This document shows positions 46,826-54,965 of a stretch of 64,000 nt of DNA, piece by piece (positions within the stretch are counted from its first letter, which is position 1; every line of letters starts with the position of its first letter). Source of the DNA: an uncultured bacterium (GTDB lineage: Bacteria > Fermentibacterota > Fermentibacteria > Fermentibacterales > JCC-6); NCBI GenBank assembly GCA_964541235.1, contig CAZIPI010000013.1, positions 2,036 through 66,035 of the forward strand, written 5' to 3'. The notes under the pieces were generated by a model. It searched no databases, was not told the DNA's origin, and saw only the letters and a program-made list of their open reading frames with translations. Both the position numbers and the translations under genes were made by a program.

Positions 46826-49051
46826 CTAATCCAGCACCAGGCATTTCCTCGAATCGCTTCCGGCACTTGTGGAAAGCACCTGGAAGTACACTCCGGCCGG
46901 CAGCAGCCCGGTATCCCATGCGACCGAGTGCTGTCCGGCAGAGACCTCACCCTGCTGAAGAACGCCCACCACTCTTCCGGCTAGGTCCAGAACCAGCAGC
47001 TCCACCATTCCCGGAGAAGGCACGCTGAACCCGATCCGGGCAATTCCGGAAACGGGGTTCGGCAGCCCGGGCAGGAACGCCGGAGGAGCGATGTGCGTTT
47101 CCGGCTCGACTCCCGTTGTGACCCATGAGATCTGGGTTTCACTGGGTGAAGAGAAGCCGAACTCGGGGCTCACCGCTTCCACGAGAATTGTTGTCGTCTC
47201 CTCCCCGGACGGGCGTGTCACCAGAGGGACGAAACAAGCGTTGCTGGGTGTTGCCCAGAGGAAGGTGCGGCCCTGGTCAGGGTTGAGCCTGTAAACGTTG
47301 TAGCTGTACACAGGGTCAGGGCTGTGGGTCCATCTGAGCCTCAAGGTCCCGGTCAGATCGTCCATCTGGCTGAACTGCTCCACATAAAGCCCTTCCGGGG
47401 AAGAAGGAATGTTCTGCTCTCCGCGGATGACCCCGAGTCTCCCGATCCTGACCTGGTAGTCATTCAACACGGTCGGGCTTTGAAAACGAAGAGCGATGAT
47501 CGAAAGCGTGTCGCCTGCCATGAAGGAAAGGGGGAACTGCCACGTGTTCCACCCCTCGGAAGCGCCATCGGGAACCTGGTGGAACGTGAACGACATGGGG
47601 TCATCGGACGTGGAGAGAGCTACATCAATGCCGGAAACCACTCCCGCCTCTCCGCGGTTCCAGGCGATGGTGAAGCTGTCGTCCCCCTGAAGAAGCGCAT
47701 CGGTCTTGTAAAGGTAGAGCATGGTGGTGTTGCCCGGAGTCAGATCGCCGCTGACCTTCAGACAGCTTCCGCCGTAGTAGGGGACCTCCCAGTCAAGCTG
47801 TGGATACAGGGCAGTTCCGCCGCTTCTCGCCAGATACCTCCAGGTAGGGAGAACATCCATCTGGCTGCGATTGTGCCAGGGTTCCTCCGAGAGGACGGCC
47901 CCATTGATGGCGGTTCGGTAGCCCTGCCCGGTGTTGAAGTTGGATACGAACGGCAGCACGGTTATCGGTGTCATCTCGGGAATGTAATGGGCGATCCCCT
48001 TCCAGGGATGCGAAGTCTCGGTGTTGCCCGGGTCGCGGTTGGCGCCTACCCAGAACCTGTTCTCCCTGGTGTAGAAGGCGGAATGGCTCGAGGCGTTGGT
48101 GTAGGTCCAGTTGGGGCAGTAGAAGCCCAGGCTGACCTTATGGTCCGCTCCCTCAGGGAAGACTCCGTCCCAGTTCACACTGGTGTTGTAGCCGTTGGCC
48201 TGAACGTCCACCCCTGCGAAAAGCTCGTAGGGGCTTCGGCCCAGCGATACCGCATGGGCGGCTGAGTTCGTGAGCCCGGCTGAACTCCACCAGAAGTTCA
48301 GGAACATCTCATCGCTGACGGTCTGGCCGTTCCATTGGAAGAACCAGTCATTGTTGGCGTTAAGCGCGTTCTGCCATGATATCGCTCCGGTTTCCGTCAT
48401 CGCATCGTACCATTGGATGCGAAGGCCGGAGTTCTGCTGAATGTAGATCATCATATCACGCATATCCTGGGCAAGCTGGGCATTCCCTCCCGCGGTCTCC
48501 TGGTTGATGAACCAGCCGTCGAACCCGTAGTACTCCGCCACCTCTATCAGCTTGTCCGCCACCGGGAACGATCCGCCCTCCTTCTGCACGAAGTCCCATA
48601 CCCACTGTATCTGGCCTCCGTACTGTGTCGGCGGGAAGAACACCGTTCCGTACACGGGCACTCCGTTCCTGTGGGCTGCGTCGATGACACCCGGATTGGG
48701 CGCAAGGATGAGCCCCTCCCCGGCACTGCCCCCCCAGAACGTGAGGTGTTCGATGTACTGCCAGTAGCCGAACGCATAGGTGCCGATCCCCGGCCCCCCC
48801 TGCGAGGGGTTGAAGCTGGTGGACGGGTACATGATGCTGATGGAGGTGACTCCGGCCTGCCCCGGGATCGCGTGCGCGTTGCAATGTGTATCGCCAAGGC
48901 TCCTTGTGGCCAGCGGGATGGCACTTCTGTTGTACGGAGCGTCCGGGTCGTTGTAGGGAGTCCAGGAGAGAAGGCCGGATGGATGCCAGTAGGAAGTGTA
49001 GGGCTGGCCCGGAAGGACCTGGGCGAACAGCACCGCGAAGAGAACGAGCAT
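46826..49051 (-). CDS. GH85-like endo-beta-N-acetylglucosaminidase with T9SS-type C-terminal sorting domain
   Basis: YGFDGWFINQET resembles the GH85 catalytic NxE region. Beta-sandwich middle part. C-terminal LPNPVSGIARIGFSVPSPGMVELLVLDLAGRVV...AGQHSVAWD...PAGVYFQVL matches the T9SS/FlgD-Ig-like CTD pattern. Confidence 0.65.
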   Translation of the reverse strand: MLVLFAVLFAQVLPGQPYTSYWHPSGLLSWTPYNDPDAPYNRSAIPLATRSLGDTHCNAHAIPGQAGVTSISIMYPSTSFNPSQGGPGIGTYAFGYWQYIEHLTFWGGSAGEGLILAPNPGVIDAAHRNGVPVYGTVFFPPTQYGGQIQWVWDFVQKEGGSFPVADKLIEVAEYYGFDGWFINQETAGGNAQLAQDMRDMMIYIQQNSGLRIQWYDAMTETGAISWQNALNANNDWFFQWNGQTVSDEMFLNFWWSSAGLTNSAAHAVSLGRSPYELFAGVDVQANGYNTSVNWDGVFPEGADHKVSLGFYCPNWTYTNASSHSAFYTRENRFWVGANRDPGNTETSHPWKGIAHYIPEMTPITVLPFVSNFNTGQGYRTAINGAVLSEEPWHNRSQMDVLPTWRYLARSGGTALYPQLDWEVPYYGGSCLKVSGDLTPGNTTMLYLYKTDALLQGDDSFTIAWNRGEAGVVSGIDVALSTSDDPMSFTFHQVPDGASEGWNTWQFPLSFMAGDTLSIIALRFQSPTVLNDYQVRIGRLGVIRGEQNIPSSPEGLYVEQFSQMDDLTGTLRLRWTHSPDPVYSYNVYRLNPDQGRTFLWATPSNACFVPLVTRPSGEETTTILVEAVSPEFGFSSPSETQISWVTTGVEPETHIAPPAFLPGLPNPVSGIARIGFSVPSPGMVELLVLDLAGRVVGVLQQGEVSAGQHSVAWDTGLLPAGVYFQVLSTSAGSDSRKCLVLD

Positions 49052-49069
49052 GGCAGCTTCCTTTCGGTT

Positions 49070-49525
49070 TCAGCGATGGTTCCTGAAAAACTCCTTCAAA
49101 AGCCTCGAGGACTCATCCGCCAGCACTCCGCCCACGACCCTGGGGTAATGGTTCAGGTTTGGCATATCAAGCAGGTCTGTGACAGATCCGAACGCTCCGA
49201 AGCGCTTATCCCAGGCACCGTACACAACAAGGGATACCCTGGCCAGCAGGATCAGGCCGGCACACATGACACAGGGTTCAAGGGTTGTGTATAGAGCTGC
49301 CCCCGAGAGCCTCCAGTCGCCAAGCGCCCTGCAGGCCTCGTCCACAGCCAGCTGCTCGGCGTGGGCCCACGGCCTTCCGGTCTCGCGGGTGCGGTTCGAT
49401 TGCCTGAAAACCCTGCCGCACGATGTTACAAGAACTGCCCCCACCGGAACCTCGCCCCTGCCGAACGCATCCCTGGCTTCTTCAAGTGCAAGGCCCATGT
49501 ATTCCAGGTCAACGGCCCCGGTCAC
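49070..49525 (-). CDS. tadA: tRNA-specific adenosine deaminase
   Basis: HAEQLAV and EPCVMCAG zinc motifs. GTG 49525 overlaps the pepP stop (GTGA). Confidence 0.9.
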   Translation of the reverse strand: MTGAVDLEYMGLALEEARDAFGRGEVPVGAVLVTSCGRVFRQSNRTRETGRPWAHAEQLAVDEACRALGDWRLSGAALYTTLEPCVMCAGLILLARVSLVVYGAWDKRFGAFGSVTDLLDMPNLNHYPRVVGGVLADESSRLLKEFFRNHR

Positions 49526-50772
49526 CTGGCCATCAGGGCTTCGATCTCGTCGGCAGTCCTCGGGAACCCCTCGGACAGGATCCTGTTGCATGTCTCTCCC
49601 ACAAGAACGTTGTCTTCAACGCGAATTCCGATGCCTTCCTCGGCGGAGTAGAACCCGGGTTCCACAGTGAAAACCATGCCTGGAGCGATAGGAGCCTGGG
49701 GGATGCTCTCGTCATGTGTGTCCAGCCCGATGTGATGGCCTATCCCGTGGTAGAAGTGCTTCTCGAACTCCTCAGGGCTGTGGATGACCCCCCGGGACAG
49801 CATCAACTCACGGTAGAAGCTCACCACTTCCTCGTTCCACACGCGATGCAGTTTTCCCGGGCGAAGGAGCTCGATGGCCTTTTGCTGGACCTCGATGACC
49901 ATGTCCAGCAGCTGGCGCTGTCTTTCGGTGTACCTGCCGTTCACGGGCACAGTACGGGTTATGTCGGCGCAGTACAGGTCCTTCATGGCCCCGTGATCAA
50001 CGAGAAGCAGTTCGCCGTCAAGGAGTTCCGCGCTGTTCTCGTTGTAATGCAGACAGGTGGCCCTTGGCCCCCCGGCGACGATGGCCGGGAACGCAGGCGT
50101 CTTCTCCCCCTCCGATGCCCAGCGGTAAAGGAGCTCCGCTTCGAACTCGTACTCCTTCATCCCCGGTTTCAGCCTTCTGACGGCCTGCTCGAAACCCCTT
50201 CGGGTGAGTTCCACCGCGGCGGTGATGTGCTGTATCTCGCTTTCATCCTTGATCATTCGAAGAGGAAGGATCTTGTCTGAAGCGTTCTGAACCGCAACAT
50301 CGGGGAAGGCCTCTTTGAACCCGGCCACATAAGAGAGGCCTCTGCCGGCCGGTTCGCCAAGGCCCGTCCGGTGCCAGTCGAAGTAAACGCATTTAACGCC
50401 TTCCCGACAGACAAGCTTCGACAGGAACTTGTCCTGCGTTCCGGTGAAACGGACCTCGGCAACACCGCTGATACCTGAGGCCTGCTCCTTTGTGAGCACG
50501 TTCCCGTACCACTTCACGAACTCCTCATCGTACGGCGAGATGAAGAGGCACTCCTTCACTTCATCCTTGCCAGCCAGGCGCCACATGAAAAGCCATGAGC
50601 CCTCCTGCGCGATCCCGGTGAGGTAGTAGAGGTTCCTTGCGGGAACAAGGCTGTGAAACGCATCTGCGCTCGACGGCAGCGAGGAGGCCGCCGGAACCAC
50701 CAGGCAGAACTCGTCGGGAAGGGAACCCGCAAGCCGGGCCCTTCTTTCTCTGAAAACAGAGCTATCTGTCAC
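49522..50772 (-). CDS. pepP: Xaa-Pro aminopeptidase (M24B)
   Basis: Creatinase-like N-domain. VDHGAMKDLYCADITRT, HGIGHHIGLDTHD and TVEPGFY..GIRVEDNV. GTG start overlaps the upstream stop. Confidence 0.85.
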   Translation of the reverse strand: MTDSSVFRERRARLAGSLPDEFCLVVPAASSLPSSADAFHSLVPARNLYYLTGIAQEGSWLFMWRLAGKDEVKECLFISPYDEEFVKWYGNVLTKEQASGISGVAEVRFTGTQDKFLSKLVCREGVKCVYFDWHRTGLGEPAGRGLSYVAGFKEAFPDVAVQNASDKILPLRMIKDESEIQHITAAVELTRRGFEQAVRRLKPGMKEYEFEAELLYRWASEGEKTPAFPAIVAGGPRATCLHYNENSAELLDGELLLVDHGAMKDLYCADITRTVPVNGRYTERQRQLLDMVIEVQQKAIELLRPGKLHRVWNEEVVSFYRELMLSRGVIHSPEEFEKHFYHGIGHHIGLDTHDESIPQAPIAPGMVFTVEPGFYSAEEGIGIRVEDNVLVGETCNRILSEGFPRTADEIEALMAR

Positions 50773-51344
50773 GGGATCTCCTTCACGATCAGCTCCGAAA
50801 CAGGCAACTTCGGAACATGGTGCCTGTCATCGGAATCCCTGTAATAGTTCGTGGAACCCGAAAACCTTTCGAGAACAACATCTTCCCCGGGAGCGCCGAG
50901 GGCCATGACCAGTTCGGGTTCCATTCCTTCCGGGCATGCCATCTCACCCACGGCACTCCGGGAGAAGGAGAGCAGCATGCAGCACCCAAGCCCCATCTCC
51001 CGTGAAGCTAGTGACACGTAGGCTGCGGCGATTCCAACATCAATGCCCGTGTATGGCTTCCTGTCACCCCGGGGCGACATGATGACAATGTAGGCACCTG
51101 GACGCTGTCCTTCCTCAGGACCGTTCCAGTCCGGAAGAAGGGCGGCCCAGCCTATCCCCTCGAAGATCCTCCGTCTCTCTTCCCGTCCGGTGATCAAAGC
51201 GTATCGGAGACGCTGCAAGTTGGACGCGCATGGCGCCAGTGACGCCGCCTCTATGATCCTTCGAAGCACTTCCATTGAAGGTGCCGCCCCGGGATCGAAA
51301 CGCCTCACCGACCTGGTCCGACGGGCAAGATCCAGAAAATCCAT
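50769..51344 (-). CDS. Nitroreductase-family protein
   Basis: RRTRSVRRFDP, APCASNLQ and a typical-size fold. ATG 51344 after GGAGG. Confidence 0.75.
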   Translation of the reverse strand: MDFLDLARRTRSVRRFDPGAAPSMEVLRRIIEAASLAPCASNLQRLRYALITGREERRRIFEGIGWAALLPDWNGPEEGQRPGAYIVIMSPRGDRKPYTGIDVGIAAAYVSLASREMGLGCCMLLSFSRSAVGEMACPEGMEPELVMALGAPGEDVVLERFSGSTNYYRDSDDRHHVPKLPVSELIVKEIP

Positions 51345-51369
51345 TCCCGCGCCTCCGTTCAACTGCGGC

Positions 51370-51413
51370 AAGTATAATAACAGCGGGGGGGCGCGACTTC
51401 CGCCGCGCCCCCC
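51370..51413 (-). terminator. Rho-independent terminator after hsp20
   Basis: 10-bp stem GGGGGGCGCG/CGCGCCCCCC followed on the minus strand by a U-rich CGCUGUUAUUAUACUU. Confidence 0.65.
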
Positions 51414-51428
51414 TCAAGTCCGGAGTTC

Positions 51429-51869
51429 CTAACCCTTGATCGCTATCTTGCGATGAAGAGCCTTCTCCTCCTTGGGGATGGTGATGGTGAGGACCCCGTC
51501 GGCAAATGCCGCCTCTGCCTTGTCGTGCTTCACGTCAGGCGGCAGAGAGAAGCTGCGGGTGAAGGAGCCGTACCTTACCTCCCTGCGGTGCCAGGTGTCA
51601 CCGGACTTCTCCTCTTCCATCTTCTTCTCGCCCCTGATGGTGAGAACACCGTTGGCAACTTCGATCTCTATGCTTTCCTTGGGTATGCCGGGAAGCTCGG
51701 CCTTGACCGTTATCGAGTCGCCCTTTTCGCAGATGTCAACAGGGGGCGCCCACTGGAATTCCTGTGTTCCGTCAAGTTCGGGCCAGAGACCGTCGAACAT
51801 CCGGTTCATGCTTCTCACCATGTCGTAGGGGGTGAGTCCCGTTTCGCGGTTCTGCCTGATGAGTCTCAT
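51429..51869 (-). CDS. Hsp20/alpha-crystallin small heat-shock protein
   Basis: ACD motifs VKAELPGI..., LTIRGEKK, GSFTRSFSLP and AEAAFADGVLTITIPK. AAAGGAGAG RBS. Confidence 0.9.
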   Translation of the reverse strand: MRLIRQNRETGLTPYDMVRSMNRMFDGLWPELDGTQEFQWAPPVDICEKGDSITVKAELPGIPKESIEIEVANGVLTIRGEKKMEEEKSGDTWHRREVRYGSFTRSFSLPPDVKHDKAEAAFADGVLTITIPKEEKALHRKIAIKG

Positions 51870-51924
51870 GATCTCTCTCCTTTCTGTTCTTTTCCCTTTT
51901 CAGGGGGTCTGCACCGGAGAGTAA

Positions 51925-51940
51925 TGCAAAACGCTTGCCA
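51925..51940 (-). promoter_or_regulatory. Sigma-54 (-24/-12) promoter upstream of hsp20
   Basis: The minus strand reads TGGCAAGCGTTTTGCA, i.e. TGGCA-N6-TTGCA with canonical GG/GC spacing. It lies 55 nt upstream of the hsp20 ATG in a 188-nt intergenic region. Confidence 0.6.
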
Positions 51941-52021
51941 ATTCACTCGGCAGTTCGCCTATATAGTTGCACGGCAACAATTATGAGAGCTGGTACAAGG
52001 AATTCCACAGAGATGGTAAAT

Positions 52022-52050
52022 GCCCGGTGTGTCAATACGGCACACCGGGC
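52022..52050 (-). terminator. Hairpin after pmbA (terminator, or enhancer-binding-protein site for the sigma-54 promoter)
   Basis: 10-bp inverted repeat GCCCGGTGTG/CACACCGGGC with a 9-nt loop. It sits 8 nt after the pmbA stop and about 100 bp upstream of the -24/-12 element. Confidence 0.45.
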
Positions 52051-52057
52051 TGGGCGT

Positions 52058-53371
52058 TTACTTCCCTGAGACGCTCACTCCCTCAAGAAGCACCGCGGGG
52101 TCGCGCCTTGAAGAGCCGGGGTTGAAGGGGCTGTCCTGCACTGCCACTACCCTTTGCAGAACGTCATAGACGTTGCCGGCCATCATGCCGTCGCTTACCC
52201 TGCCGACTATCCTGCCGTTCTCCACGAGAAGCCCCGGGTTGAACCCCACCGAGAAGTCGCCGTTGAGGATGTTCCCGGAGTGGGCTCCCAGGAGCCCGAA
52301 CGCGATGACGCCCCGTTGGATCATGCCCAGCATCTCTTCGAAGGAGGCTTCACCTGTGTCGAAGGTCCCGTTGCGGAAACCGGGCTCTGGAGACATGGCG
52401 ACCGGGTCGCCGCCCCACATCCCGGACCTGAAACCGTGTCCCGAGGGGGGGATCCCAAGCTTGGCCGCATAGAACAGGTTCGTGTAAGGGCCGGTGAACA
52501 CTCCTCTGTCGAAAAGGGCGACCCTGGCCGTGGGAACCCCCTCGTCGTCGAACTTCCTACGGGCGACCAGCGGGTCCATGCCAGGGTCGGCGGAGAGAGT
52601 GAGCTTCTCCGACAGCACCTTCTCCCCCTGCCTGCCCTTGAGGGGAGTTGCGCCGGTATGGAATGCCCTTGCGTTCCCGGCAGCGGTAAGCCTCCAGAGA
52701 ACACCGTAGAGGCTTCCCGGAAGGAGCATCACCTGCATCCTGCCGTCCCCCGCCTTCACCTCCGGCAGGGACTCGGTGTACATGCGGCACATTCCCCCGA
52801 TAACGGCCCTGTCACAGGGAACACTTGATACACCGGCGAAGTTGGCATGAAGGCCGGTTTCTGTTCCCGGATACCTTGCCGAGATATGACCGAAGGCCCC
52901 CGAGCTTCGATGGACAAGGTCATAGCCCGATGTGCTGATGATCCTGATGGACTCGACTACGGAGCCGGCGCTTGTATCAATGCAGTCGGGGGGAAGGCTC
53001 GCGGCCATCTCCTCCATCCGGACGCAGATATCTCCTGCTTCGGGAAATCCCGAGCCTTCCACCCGCTCATCGTATGACCCGGTGTCCGGTTCAAGGCATG
53101 AGCGGGGAAAGTCGAACTCCACGGACGGGCCGTGCTCAAGTGAGAGAAGGGCGCAGTCCAGCAGGGCCTGCCTGTCCAGAAGGTTCTTGGTGTATGCTGT
53201 TCCCATCCTGCCGTCACGGATGATCCGTATGGCATAGCCGGACTGGATCGAGGCCGAGGTTTCCACAACCCTGCCTTCTCTTCTCGAAAGCCCGATGCTC
53301 CGAGTCCTCTGCTGGTAGATCTCGGCGCTGCATCCCGCCCTGGAAGCAAGATCGAGAAGCTTTTCCATCAT
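52058..53371 (-). CDS. pmbA: TldD/PmbA-family metalloprotease, PmbA-like subunit
   Basis: PmbA_TldD fold with C-terminal GNILNGDFSVG...G(R/K)IVGRV. ATG 53371 overlaps the tldD stop (ATGA). Confidence 0.85.
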   Translation of the reverse strand: MMEKLLDLASRAGCSAEIYQQRTRSIGLSRREGRVVETSASIQSGYAIRIIRDGRMGTAYTKNLLDRQALLDCALLSLEHGPSVEFDFPRSCLEPDTGSYDERVEGSGFPEAGDICVRMEEMAASLPPDCIDTSAGSVVESIRIISTSGYDLVHRSSGAFGHISARYPGTETGLHANFAGVSSVPCDRAVIGGMCRMYTESLPEVKAGDGRMQVMLLPGSLYGVLWRLTAAGNARAFHTGATPLKGRQGEKVLSEKLTLSADPGMDPLVARRKFDDEGVPTARVALFDRGVFTGPYTNLFYAAKLGIPPSGHGFRSGMWGGDPVAMSPEPGFRNGTFDTGEASFEEMLGMIQRGVIAFGLLGAHSGNILNGDFSVGFNPGLLVENGRIVGRVSDGMMAGNVYDVLQRVVAVQDSPFNPGSSRRDPAVLLEGVSVSGK

Positions 53372-54729
53372 ACACCCCCTACGACCATGCGGCGGATCAG
53401 GATCGATGGACCCCCGTGACCGCTCTTGATGTTCATCTGTCCCTTCCCGCAACCACCGCGCTCACCCAGCTTGAAGTCATCGGCTGCCGCATCGATGTTG
53501 TTCAGAGTGGTGAAGAGGTTCCCCATTATGTTGATGTCCCTCACCATCGGTCCTACCCGGCCGTTTCTGACAAGGTAGCCGTACTGTGCTCCGAAGGTGA
53601 AGTTCTCGCCGGAGGTCTGGCCGCCTTTCGCATCGCAGAGATACAGCCCGTCGCCGAGTCTTGAAAGTATCTCCTGAAAGGAAAGGCTGCCCGGTTCGAA
53701 GAAGATGGTTCCCATCCTGACGATGGGCTCGTAGCGATAATCCTCGGCCACAGCATGGCCGGTTACGGGTTCCCCGAACTCACCTGCTGTCCTCAATGAG
53801 TGCAGTCTCCCTGTGAGAACTCCCTGCTTCATGAGCTGTACCCTTCTCACTGGCACCCCTTCGTCATCATAGCGGTAGAAACCCACCTGACCGGGCAGGG
53901 TGGAATCCGCGACGATGTTCACCGCATCGCTGCCCAGCCTTGATCCAAGGGCCATCTTGGCCCTCATCGAGGAGTTGTCCTCGATTATGTCCGCCTCGCT
54001 GAAGTGCCCGAAAGCCTCATGTGCGAAGACCCCGGTCATGGATGGGTTCAGGACCACATCGTAGGTGCCGGCCTTCAGCGGCTGCGCATCGAGAAGCTCC
54101 GCTGCCAGCTCTCCCCTTCTCACGAACTCCGCGTCACGGTCGATCAGGCTGTGAAAGCCGTCGGCTCCTCCAACCGCTACCCTAATGTTCTGAAGAAGAC
54201 CGTCCTTCTCCGCCACCGCTTCTCCTCCGATGGCAACAGTCACAACCCTCTCCCTGATCTCGGCTCCCCTGGTGCTTAGAAAGAACTTCTCCCGGTCAAC
54301 TTCGGAGTAACTCACATTGGTCGCCGCGATCCTGGGCATCTGCAGGAGCAGACTGCTGTAGTTCCGTGTGAGATCGAGCTTCTCCTTCAGGGAGACCTTT
54401 GCCGGGTCGCCTTTCAGGTCGGGTTCCACGTAGTCGCTTGCCGGGGGCTCATTGGCGAGCACAACGGTCTTGCCGCTTCGCCCCATCACGGTGGCGCCCT
54501 CGGAGGCAAGCCTTAGAGCTTCAGGAACATCCTCCTCACGTGTCACGGTAGCCGAGGCGAACCCCATGTCGCGGTAAACCCGTACCACGTAACCGTCCGT
54601 GGATACCGAGTCCACTCCCTTCAGCTGATCCTTCACGAAATCAGCGCTGGATGTACGCATCCTCTCGTAGCGGATGTCGGCGTAGTCGGCTTCAACCTTT
54701 TCCAGTGTCCTTCTCAACGAATCAAGCAT
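53368..54729 (-). CDS. tldD: Metalloprotease TldD
   Basis: HEAFGHFSEAD metal motif and GGCGKGQ near the C-terminus. ATG 54729 lies 7 nt after GGGAGG. Confidence 0.9.
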   Translation of the reverse strand: MLDSLRRTLEKVEADYADIRYERMRTSSADFVKDQLKGVDSVSTDGYVVRVYRDMGFASATVTREEDVPEALRLASEGATVMGRSGKTVVLANEPPASDYVEPDLKGDPAKVSLKEKLDLTRNYSSLLLQMPRIAATNVSYSEVDREKFFLSTRGAEIRERVVTVAIGGEAVAEKDGLLQNIRVAVGGADGFHSLIDRDAEFVRRGELAAELLDAQPLKAGTYDVVLNPSMTGVFAHEAFGHFSEADIIEDNSSMRAKMALGSRLGSDAVNIVADSTLPGQVGFYRYDDEGVPVRRVQLMKQGVLTGRLHSLRTAGEFGEPVTGHAVAEDYRYEPIVRMGTIFFEPGSLSFQEILSRLGDGLYLCDAKGGQTSGENFTFGAQYGYLVRNGRVGPMVRDINIMGNLFTTLNNIDAAADDFKLGERGGCGKGQMNIKSGHGGPSILIRRMVVGGV

Positions 54730-54789
54730 CTGCATACCTCCCGGATGTCGTCACCCAGTCTGAGAGCAACCCCGTAACATTGCGAATCC

Positions 54790-54830
54790 GAAAAAATAAT
54801 GCTAAAAGCACCAGAGCAAGCCCTGATGCT
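54790..54830 (-). terminator. Rho-independent terminator/attenuator about 60 nt upstream of tldD
   Basis: Minus strand AGCAUCAGGG-CUUG-CUCUGGUGCU (10 bp, 2 G-U pairs) followed by UUUUAGCAUUAUUUUUU. Confidence 0.55.
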
Positions 54831-54840
54831 ATCGCAAAGT

Positions 54841-54899
54841 GTATTGCGTTGCCTGTCAACACACTACCATCATAAACTAATTTATCTAAGTCCGTCCCC
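54841..54899 (-). repeat. Conserved non-coding element, copy B (core 54872-54899)
   Basis: The minus strand reads GGGGACGGACTTAGATAAATTAGTTTAT..., inverted relative to copy A. It lies just 3' of the htrA terminator hairpin. Confidence 0.85.
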
Positions 54900-54907
54900 A
54901 AGTGGAA

Positions 54908-54942
54908 GCGGGCGCCGGAAAGGGGGGTGAACCGGCGCCCGC
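54908..54942 (-). terminator. Hairpin after htrA
   Basis: 11-bp stem GCGGGCGCCGG/CCGGCGCCCGC about 24 nt after the htrA stop. The U-tract is poor. Confidence 0.45.
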
Positions 54943-54965
54943 CGGGGTGGGGGGGGAAGATGAGA

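Noticed and set aside
45787-54899. The inverted 28-nt repeats as terminal inverted repeats of a transposon or genomic island.
   Set aside because: The enclosed genes are housekeeping (tadA, pepP, tldD/pmbA, hsp20). There is no transposase or recombinase, and the outer flanks (catcta / aagtgg) show no target-site duplication. It is kept as a regulatory or recombination-site finding instead.
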